Position numbers and translations under genes: made by a program. A DNA stretch of 64,000 bases from an uncultured Phycisphaeraceae bacterium (GTDB lineage: Bacteria; Planctomycetota; Phycisphaerae; UBA1845): NCBI GenBank assembly GCA_964586145.1, contig CAZPHH010000006.1:15337-79336 (forward strand), written 5' to 3'. Of this stretch, positions 1 through 10,000 are shown one piece after another. How positions within the stretch are numbered: position 1 is the first letter of the stretch; each line of letters starts with the position of its first letter. Below the pieces are notes generated by a model. That model was given only the letters and a program-made list of their open reading frames with translations. It was not told the origin of the DNA and searched no databases.

Positions 1-780
1 ATCCGCCGCCTTGCGCGACTTCAGCGTCAGAATCTGCAGGTCGCGGGCGGGGATCTCCTCGTCCAACTGCTCAATGAGGGCCTGGATGATGGCCACGTCA
101 TCCGGGTGGCCCAGGATCAGCAGCCCGGTGCCGACGGTCTCGATCGTGATGTCACCGCCGGTGAGCTGGATCTGGCCGAAGTCGATGGCGCCGCGCGGGG
201 TCGCGGGGGTGGTGGGCGCGCTGCCGAGTGATACTCGCGTCGGCGGGGCCGGTTCCTCCGCTGCAGGGGGCGGCGGCGTCTCGGCGGGCGGGCGTTTTCC
301 CTCGCGGGCCGGCGGTTCCGCCCGATCCGCGCCGCGGGGCGATCGGCCGGCCGGTGCGGCGGGCTTGCCGTCGGGCTTGGGCCCTTCCTGGCCTGCGGCA
401 GGCGCATCGTCGGCCGGCTTGTCTTTGGGTCGGGCACGGGCGGGCTTCTTCGGCGCCGGCGCGGGAGCGGGAGGATCCTCCTGTGCGGGCGTTCCTGCCG
501 TGGACTGCACGGATGACTCCAGGCTGGCCAGCAAGGCTCGGACCTGTTCGGCAAACGGGTCCGCATCCTCGTCGCTGTCGTTGGGCGAACTCGATTCGGC
601 CGGAGCCGGCTGAGCCTTTCGCTCCGCCTGCCGGGCCAGGGCCTCGAGCATCCTCTGCTCCAGAATCCGCTCTGCCGTCAGACCGTCGGCCGGGGCCGGC
701 TCGGTGGCGGGCGGATCGGCATAGGCCCACAGGCTCACCAGCATCAGAACGCTCGTCAGAATCCAGGGGACGCGTTTCAT
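1..780 (-). CDS. Secretin-family protein, N-terminal part (partial, continues past left edge)
   Basis: This ORF is absent from the ORF track because it has no stop inside the window. The reverse complement of 1-780 is one open frame starting at ATG 780-778. It begins MKRVPWILTSVLMLVSLWAYA (signal peptide) and continues with a Pro/Ala/Lys-rich linker. It then reads ...ITIETVGTGLLILGHPDDVAIIQALIEQLDEEIPARDLQILTLKSRKAAD, the same N-domain pattern as the giant ORF upstream. It is the likely carrier of the missing pore domain, but that part is outside the window. Confidence 0.6.
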   Translation of the reverse strand, partial: MKRVPWILTSVLMLVSLWAYADPPATEPAPADGLTAERILEQRMLEALARQAERKAQPAPAESSSPNDSDEDADPFAEQVRALLASLESSVQSTAGTPAQEDPPAPAPAPKKPARARPKDKPADDAPAAGQEGPKPDGKPAAPAGRSPRGADRAEPPAREGKRPPAETPPPPAAEEPAPPTRVSLGSAPTTPATPRGAIDFGQIQLTGGDITIETVGTGLLILGHPDDVAIIQALIEQLDEEIPARDLQILTLKSRKAAD

Positions 781-849
781 AGCGTGTCTATCCTTCCTTG
801 CCGGCGGACCGACGCAACGCCCGACCGACCGCCTCATCCTCAAGGCCGC

Positions 850-1002
850 TTTCCCGACTCCCGGTCCGCATGGCGGACCCTACAGCTTTTCCCGACTCCC
901 GGTCCGCACGGCGGACCCTACTTCATCCTTGTGGGACCGGCTTTCCAGCCGGTCTTTCCCTGTGGGACCGGCTTTCCAGCCGGTCTCGCCAGGGCGCGCC
1001 CT
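850..1002. repeat. Cluster of REP-like hairpin repeats in the spacer between the two secretin-family ORFs
   Basis: Type A hairpins GGTCCGC-NNN-GCGGACC lie at 863-879 and 901-917. Each sits inside a duplicated unit TTCCCGACTCCCGGTCCGCAYGGCGGACCCTAC. Type B hairpins GACCGGCT-TTCC-AGCCGGTC lie at 935-954 and 966-985, inside a duplicated TGTGGGACCGGCTTTCCAGCCGGTC. A 12-nt palindrome AGGGCGCGCCCT lies at 991-1002. Confidence 0.8.
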
Positions 1003-1077
1003 ACAATCTGCAATCGGTCCGCGATCGCCAAATCCATCACCATCTGCGGAGCACACCTTCAGGGTTGCCACCCGGTC

Positions 1078-4000
1078 TTACCGGCGACGTGGCCGGGCGC
1101 CGCCTCGTGTGCCGCTGCCGGACGTATTATCCTCCATGACGCCTTGGAGAACACCCTTGATTTCGTCCGGGCTCATGTTCTTCGGACGAATGATGACGGC
1201 CGTCCGGCCGCCCACCGGCCCCTGCTTCTCGAGGGTCCGGATGAGGTTCTCCACCTCTTCAAACCGGGACCGCGCACCGGCCAGCAGGATGCTGTTCGTC
1301 CGCCGGTCCGCGCTGAGCACCACGCGGTCGGCCTGGGCCTTGCCGCGGCTGGAACTCATGCTTTCCTTGACCTTGGCGTCGGCGTCCAGCAATTCCTGCA
1401 ACATGCTTGCCAGCTCTGTTACATCCACACCGGGCTGAAGCGGCACAACCTTGATGCCCGTCTCCAGGCTCGCGTCCTCCGTGTCGAGCGTGTCGACCAT
1501 CGTCCGGATCAATGACATGTCCGTCGGGTTCGCCCGAACGATAAGCTGGTCTGACGGATCGTCCGCGACGATCACAGGGACCATCTGGGTGGCCGTCGCC
1601 CCCCGGCCGCCCCGGCCTCGCGCGGTGTCGACGAACATCTGGGTGAGGATGGGCTCGATCAGGGACGGCGTAGCGTACTTTAATTTCATGAATTCCGGGC
1701 GGTTACCGCCGTCCAGAATCTCCACGTCAATCTCCGCGATGACCGCCGCGACGCGGTCGAGCTGGTCCTTGCCGCCGGAGACCACAAGCGAGTTCGTAGC
1801 ACTGGAAACGCTGATTCTCACGTCTCCGCTGAGGCCGCCGGCGGCACCGCCGCGGCGTCCGCCAGTACTGCTGCCGGGCTTTTGGAGGTACGTTTCCAGG
1901 ATGCCCTGCATCTCCGTCGCGTCCATGAACTTCAGCGCGAAAGTCCGGATTTCGCCCGGGCCGCGCTCCGGCGTGTCCAACTGCTCCAGGACGGCCATGA
2001 TCTCCTCGAACTCGGTGTCCCTCGCCTTGATCAGAAGAGTGTCCGTGCCGGGGGTATGGGTGATGGAGATGCCGCCGCGTTGGGGCATCCAGGACCGCCG
2101 CCCGCCCCCGCCCCCCTCGGAAAAGACTTCCGTAAGGGTCTGGGCGATGTTGTCCGCATCGCCGTGCTTGATCTGCACGATGCGGACCTGCTGGGCCACG
2201 TCGCTCTTAGTATCCACCTGCTTGACCAGCTCCTCGATCCGCTTCATGTTCTCGGGCGAGGCGGTCACGAAGATGCTGCTGGAGCCCCAGTCCGGCACGG
2301 CTGTCACCTGGTCCCGGGCTGTCCGGCCGCCCCGGAAGGACTGGGTGATCATCTCGGCCACGTCCCAGACCATCCCGTAGGTCAGCTTGAAGGCTCGGAA
2401 CTGCCGGTCCTTCTCCAGGTCGGGCTCGACGTCGAGTGATTCGATGAGAGGAGACAGTTCCGTCATCTCCTTGTCGCTGGCGAAGACCACCAGGGCATTC
2501 GTACCGGGGTCGGCGGAGATGCGCATCTGCTCGCCGCGGCGGGTGCTGACCCGCTGAAACGCCGCGCTGAGCGTGCGGGCGAGGTCTTCGGCGTTGGCGT
2601 GCTCGATCTTGACGACGCGCGTGGCCCGGACCTGGCTGCCCTCCACGTCGACTTCCTTGATGAGCGAGGCCACCTCCGCATGACGCTTGGCCGAGGCGGA
2701 CACGACCACCGACTGCGTGCCGTGCTCCACCACCGCGGTCACCTGGTCTCGCGGGCTGGCCCGGTACTGGCTGTACTGGGCGTTGATGGCGTTGACGATG
2801 CCGCTCGGATCGGCGAACTGCACCGGATAGACCTGGACCGTCCGCTCGGCATCGCCGGTGGGCTTCACGTCCAGGTTTTCCACCATGGCCTGCACCTGCA
2901 TGAGTTCCGCCTCCGTGGCGAACACCAGCAAGGAGTTGGTCCGCGTTTCCGCGAGGATCTGCATGGTGGTATCACCCTGCCGGGCCCGCTGGGTCGCCCG
3001 GAACAGGGTCTGGAGCTTCTGGGCGACCTCATCGGCGTTGGCTTCCTTCAGCGGGATGAGGTGCGTGGTGCGGCTGGTGCCCTCCACGTCAATCTTTCCC
3101 AGCAGTTCCTTGATCTTCGCCTGGTTCTGCGGAGAGGCCGTTGCCACCAGGGCGCTGGTCCCCCACGTGTAGCCGAACGACACCTCATCTTCCGCCCGCT
3201 GCCCGCGGGTGCGTGGGAAGGCGGCGTTCAGGGCGTTGATGGTGGAGCCGGGATCGGCGTACTTCAGGTCGTAGACCTCCACGATGCGCCCGGTCAGGTT
3301 CGTCGGCTCCTGGTCCAGTTGAACGATGATCTGCTCGACCTCCTCGATCTCGGCCGGCGCACCGGACATGATCAGCAGGTTCATCGCGTCGTCCGGCGTG
3401 ACGGTAACCGGCAGTTGACCCGTCCGAGTTCGACCGCCCTTCGCCCCGAGCACCTGGTTCACCGTATTGGCCACGTCCGACGCTCGCGCCTTGTGCATCG
3501 TGTAGAAGTGTGTGACCTTGCCCTGCCCCTTGTCGACGTCCAGCTCCTTGAGGAGGCCTTCGATCCTGGCATGGTTGTCCAGGCTGGCCGTCACGGCCAA
3601 CTGGGTCGAAGAGACGACAGCCGGCATAACTTGGTCCTTCTCAGGAAGGCGTGTGCCTGACACGCGGAACAGCGTGTTGATCGCGTTCGCCGCGGCACTT
3701 GCGTCGATCCACTCAAGCGTATAAGACCGCAGGGTCCGTTCCGTTTGCATCTTGGCCGGCACGTCCAGGGTCGCCACCAGCGTTTTGACCTGCTCCAACT
3801 CCGCCTCGGTGGAGAACACCAGCAGGGAGTTCGTCCGCGAATCGGACATGATCTGCATGGTGGTATCGCCCTGGCGTGTGCGTGTGGTCTGCCGGAAAAG
3901 CTGCTGGAGTCTCTGCGCGACCTCGTCCGCGTTGGCCTCCGTCAACTCGATCGTGTGCGTGGTGCGGCGGGTGCCCTCGACGTCGATCTTCTCGAGCAGT

Positions 4001-7000
4001 TCCTTGATTTTGGTCTGGTTCTGCGGGGAGGCCGTCGCGACGAGCGCACTGGTGCCCCAGGTGTAGCCGAACGCCACCTCGTCCTCCAGCCGCTGCCCGC
4101 GGGTGCGCGGGAAGGCGGCGTTCAGAGCGTTGATGGTGGAGCCGGGGTCGGCATACTTCAGGTCGTAGACCTCCACGATCCGCCCGGTCAGGTTGGTCGG
4201 CTCCTGGTCCAGTTGGACGATGATCTGCTGGACCTCCTCGATCTCCGCCGGCGTGCCGGAGAGGACCAGGAGGTTCATCGCGTCATCGGGCACAACCGTC
4301 ACCGGCAGTTGGCCGGTGCGGGTGCGACCCCGCACGCCGATGATCTGGTTGACGGTGTTCGCCACGTCGGAGGCCCGGGCGTTCTTCATGGTGTAGAACT
4401 GCTGCACCTTGCCCTGGCCCTTGTCCACGTCCAGTTCTTTCAGCAGGTTCGCGATCACCTCGTGGTTGTCCGCACTGGCCGTCACCACCATCTGAGTGGT
4501 GGAGACCACGGCGGTGCTGACCTGGTCGATTTCGGCCATCCGCACGCCGGAGACGCGGAACATGGTGTTGATGGCGTTGGCCGCGGCGCCGGCGTCGAGC
4601 CATTCGAGCGAGTACGTGCGCGACTCCCGCGCGGTGAGCATCCCGGCGCCTTCCTTGTCCAGTTCGGCAACCATCGTCTTGATCTGATCGACGTTGGCCT
4701 GGCTGGCCAGGACGACGATCTGCTTGCTGGAGACGCGCGGCGTCACCGAGACCGTGAGTTCGGCCGGGTTGACGTTCTGCACCTGGGCGTCGCGGTAGGC
4801 TTTCTGCCGGTTCGCGAACTCCTGGGATATCTGCGCGGCCGCGTCGTCCGCGTTCAGGTACGCGAGCTGGATGGTCTCGGTGATCAGCGGAATCGTCGGC
4901 GTGCCGGCGAACTCGTCCAGCTTGTCGATGACCTGGCCCTTGATCTCCTCCTGCTGCTTGCGGGTGCCGCGGACGAGCACGGTGTTCGTGGCGAGGTTCG
5001 CCTCGGCCCGCGGCGGGTCGAGCCCGTCCAGCGTCCTTCCCCCGAAGAGGTTGTTGATGTTCCGCGCCACGTCCGCCGCCTGGGCCCGGGCCAGGTGATA
5101 CACGACCGTCTCGATCGCCACGGGCTGGGCGTCCGGGACGTCAATCGTCTTGAGCACCTCCTCCACCAGGCGGAACGTCGACGTGCCGCCCATCACGATG
5201 ATGGAGTTCGTCCGGGCGTCCGCCGTGGCGCTGAATACGTCCATCTTGGACAGCGCCTGCCGGCTCCCCCCGGCAAGACCGCGTACCATGGCCTGCATCT
5301 GATCCAACACGAGCGTTGCGCGGGCGTAGTTGAGCTTGTAGATCCTCATGTCGATGAGCGTCATCGGCTTGTCGAGGATCTCCACCATCGACTCGATCTG
5401 CGGCATCAGCTCATCCGGCGCCTTGACGAACAGTTGCATGGTGTCGTCGTCACCGACGATGTTCATCACCGCGTCGCGGCCGGTCTGGCCCAGGGCGGTC
5501 TTAAGCTTCTCCGCCAGCACGGTGGGCGTGGCCTCCTTGACGAGGATGACCTTGGGCTTGCTCTCCTCCAGGGCCTTGGTCTTCATGCTCTCGATGCGCT
5601 GCGCGAGCTCCTCACGCAGCTCCACGGGGGCCGCAATAAACAGGGTGTTGGTTTCCGATTCGGCGGTGATGACGACCCTTTTCGCGCCGCCGGCGCTGCT
5701 CCTGGAGGTGTAGGCCGTCCCGAGCGCCTTGGAGACGCGGGTGGCGTCCAGGATGCTCGGCAGCGGGAACTCCATGACCTGGGCGTCGATCTGCTGGTCG
5801 AGCGTTTCGATCAGCTCTTCAATCCGGGGAAAGTCGATGCTCAGGGCGCTGATAACCAGGGCGTTGCCGTCCTCGTCTACAATGACGGTTGGTTCATTCA
5901 ATCCGGACGGATCGAAGCCGCTGGTCGCCTGCCGGCGGCCCGTCGTTCCGGCCTTGAAGAGCCGCTCGAGCTGCGGAGCGATCTTCTTGGCGTCCGCATA
6001 CTTCAGAACGCGGGTCCGCAACTCTCGCTGGGGCACATCCTGGGCTTCCAGCTTCGCCACCAGCTCTTCCACCAGCTTGATGGCCGGTGGGGGGCCCATC
6101 ACCATCAGCGTGTTCGTGGCCGGGTTGCTGGTGAGGTTGATGTCCTCCGCCACGTTGATGCCGGCCTCTTCGGCGCCGGCCATCTCGATGATTTGCTCAC
6201 CCATCTGGGCGGCCGCCGCGGCAGCGGCCGCCGCAGTGGCCCCGCCGCGCGGCGTGGGTCGCGTGCCCCCCGTCCGGCCCCGGCCGATGCCCAGCAGCGA
6301 CTTGAGCAGCGCCTCCACCTCGCCGGCGTTGAGCTTCTTGAGCTCAATGATTTTGAAATCCTCCTGCTTCTCGCTCTTGCGGTCGATGGTGGCCAGCAAC
6401 TTCACGATGCTGGGGAAATCCTGCGTGGCGGCGCGGATGACCAACGTCCGCGTCCGCGGATCGGGCACCACCCGGATGTTGCCGGCCATCGCCGCCATCT
6501 GCTGCTGGAGCATCTGCTGCTGTTGCTGCGCCTGTTGCTGCGCCTGCTGTTCCGGGGTCGGTTGGCCGGGTTCGCCGGGCCGTCGACCGCCCCTTTCCCC
6601 TTCCGGCTGGCCCGGCTGACCGGGCTGACCGGGCTGGCCCGGCTGGCCGCCGGGCTGCTGACCCCGCTGCGTGCGCGGCGTGGGAATTCGCTGCTGAGGG
6701 ATATTGAACATCGCCTCCAGAAGCTGCGCGGCGACTCGCACGTCCACGTACTTCATCCGGTACACGCGAATGTCCGGCGGCAGCGGGACGTCGCCCAGAT
6801 CGGTCCCGAGTTTGTCCAGCATGTCGCGGATGTCCGTCAGGTCCCGGCCAAGCCCTTCCAGGATGAGGACGCCGGTCTGATTGTCGTACCGAATCTTGAC
6901 CGGCACCCGCTCCGGCTCCGTGGTTTCCGCTTCGGCATTCGTCGCGTCTTCCATGGGGACGTCCGGGCCGACCATCGCGCGACGTACGTCGTCGACTGTC

Positions 7001-10000
7001 GCTTGCGGCGAATCGTCAGCCGGCTGGGTGGTCGGCGGCTTCTTCTCTTCGTCGGTGTCGGTCAGGGCTGCCGTCGCGGCCACCAGTACATCGAGGTCGG
7101 CAACCAGGCCGGCCGGCAGCACGCAAGGGAGCGTCTGGCTTTCCTCAATGCCGGACGTGTCCGCCGGACTCAGCGGCGTCACCTGCTCAACCAGGCTCTC
7201 GTAGTCAATGGCATTCGGGTCCGCGGCGTCCACATCAATTGGAACCCCCGGAAACCGGCTTTGCAGAATCAGGGCAATCTCCCTGGCGGACAGGCCCACG
7301 CGGGGAATCGGCACCGCCAGGGTCTTCAACGCGGTCTGTTCCCTGGACGGCTTGTCGATGTACTCCCGGATCCACTCCTCCACCTGCGGGAACGTGCCGG
7401 GATCACCGCGCAAGGTGAGGAGTTTGGTGAATGAGATGTAATCGACCTTGGGACCCTTACCTTCCTCGTAGAACTGGTCGATCATGCCCTCCAGTTGAAA
7501 CACCGCGTCATACGGATCGGCCCACATTAGCTCGATCATCTTGGTGGGAAGATGGTCAGAGCTCGTTGACCCAACCTGCGGCTCTTCCTCCTCCGTTCCT
7601 TCGTACAGCGCATGCAGCGAGTCAATCTGCGCGATCTTGGCCGGGCTGGCCATGACGACCATGGTGCCGCCCCAGGTGTCCGTCACGAGGGCGATGTCCT
7701 TGCCCTTGCGCGGACCGCCCACAGGCGCGAACCAGTCGTCGGTCTTGGGCTTCGGAGGCAGACCCCCGGAGTCCACCAAAGTGAACACGATGTCGGCGAA
7801 GTCTTCCGGGGCACAATTCCGCAACGTGTACACTTTCGTCGACGCCCCCGTGTCCGCTTCCGCATCCAGCAGCCGAATCCAGCCCTCCACCTCGTTCACC
7901 TGCTCGGCGTGGCCGGCCAGTACCAGGGCGTTGCCGCCCGGAGCGGGCAACACGGTCACGTCCTGACCGGATGGGCCCGCCGGCGAAGCGGCCGGCGTGG
8001 GCGTCGGAGGCGAGCCAGGGGCCCCGCCCCTGCGAGCGCCGCCTCGATCCGGCCGGCGGATCGCGGCCGTCCGCGTGCCGCCGCTGAGCATGGCGTTGAT
8101 GGTGTTGGCCATCTCCGTCGCGTCGGCCTTCTCCAGTTTCACCGTGCGGATGACCCGCGGGCCGTCACCCACGCGATCCAGCTCGGCGATCATCATTTCC
8201 GCCTCGGCCATGAGCACGCCCGGGGCAACCACCAACAGCCGGCCCTTGGTCGCGTCGGGCTCAACCAGCAGGCTCGCCTGGGCCGGGCCCTTGCCGCCGG
8301 GCGCCGCCGCCTTGAGCGCCCCCGAGGCGACGGCCTCGGCGTACTTCATGTCCAGAAAGCTCCGGAGCAGTTGGGCGGTCTGGTTCGCGTCGGCATTTTC
8401 CAGCTCGAAGAAGCGTACCTGGGTCGCGTCGCCCGCCTGCGGCACGTCCAGCTCTTCCAGCAGGCCGGCAATCTTGCCCATGGTCTCCGTCGGGGCGATC
8501 ACCAGAAGGCTGTTCCCAATCTCGGCGATTTTGACGTCGCTGCCGGAAACGCTGACCGCCACCGGCGCCTGAGGCTGATTGCCTGGCCGTCGCGGCGGGC
8601 GGCGGACCGGTGCCTGCGGCCCAGCCTGATCCAGGATCAGGGCCTGAATCACGCCACGGGCCTCGGCCGGCGCGATGTACCTCAGCCTGAACGTGCGCTG
8701 CTCCAGGGATGCGTCGATGTCATACCGGGCGACCAGCTCCTCCAGCCGCGTCATCTGGGCCGGCGAAGCGCCCGCGACGAGCACCGCATCGGCGTCGGCC
8801 GCCAGCTTGACGGCCTCGGCCAGCCCCATCTGGGTCAGAATCTGCTGGAGGGTCTCCACGATCTGCTGAGGCTCCGCGTGCGCCACGGGAACCCGCTGCC
8901 ACTCGATCGGGATTTCCGCGTCGGCATCAAGGTCCTGGATGAGCGGCCAGTAGCGATCGTTCCACTCGTCGTCCGAACAGAGGACGTAGAGCATGTTGGT
9001 GCTGTCATCGCCCTGGAACTTCTCTCCGGTTTGCGCGGCGGCGGTTGGGCGACGCGGGGCTTGCCTGCCTCTGCGGGGCGCGGCGGCCGCCGGGGCCGTC
9101 GGGGCTGCCCCCGCGTCCAGGGCCTTGAGCATGTTGGCCACCACGGACGGCCTGGCGTGCCGCAGCCGGGCCTTGTGCAGGGTTTCCTCATCCTGGGCCA
9201 CGTCCAGTTCCCTCAGGATGGTGACCGCCCGTTCGATGTCGGCGGCGGTGCCACCGGCGATGATGACGGACGTGCCCGACGGGTCGGCCACGAAGCGAAG
9301 CCCGCTTCCGTCGCCGTGGATGATGTCAAACAGGGTCTGGGCCTCGGTGACCCGCTTTTCCAGGTCTGTCGTGTTTTCCATTTCCACTCGCCGGTAGGGG
9401 TCCGGCTGCACCACGTCGAACTGGGCGACGAGGTCATGCACCTGCTGCACCTGCTCGTCGTCACCGACGACGATGAGCTGGTTCTGGTCCGGGCGAGGGA
9501 TGATGGTCAGGTTGTCAGCGTTTACGTTCGCCGGAGGCGCGGCCGCTCTGGGCTGGCGGGGCGGGCGGCGCTGCGGCGCCGCGGGCGCACCCGGGGCGCC
9601 GGTGAGGATCGGGTTGGCGATGGAGAGGAAGTCCTCCACGGCAATGTGCTGAAGCTGAATGACGACGGGGGCGAAATCGCGGGACTCGCGAATGTCGATC
9701 AGGGCCAGGAACTCGCGGATTTCCTGGATCTTCTCGGGCACGGCCCGGAACAGGATACGCCGGTTCGCGTCGTCGGCGTACGCGTCGATGGGCCAGGCGT
9801 CCGCCGCCGTGGGCTGAGGGGCGCCGCGCCGGACCTGGGGGCGGTTCACCGCGGCATCGCTGAAGCCGCTGACCATCTGCTTGAGGGTGTTCAACGCCTG
9901 CGTGGCCGGCACGTACCGGACCTCCAGGATTTCCAGCCGGGTCGGGTTGGGCGTCTGCCCGCCTTCGGCGAACTTCTTCACCAGTTCAATGAACTTGTTC

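Noticed and set aside
11-782. Track ORFs at the left edge (11-613 +, 117-566 -, 152-730 -, 228-782 +)
   Set aside because: All are Pro/Arg/Gly-rich off-frame readings of the real minus-strand gene. That gene starts at ATG 780 and has a signal peptide. It is missing from the track only because it has no stop in the window.
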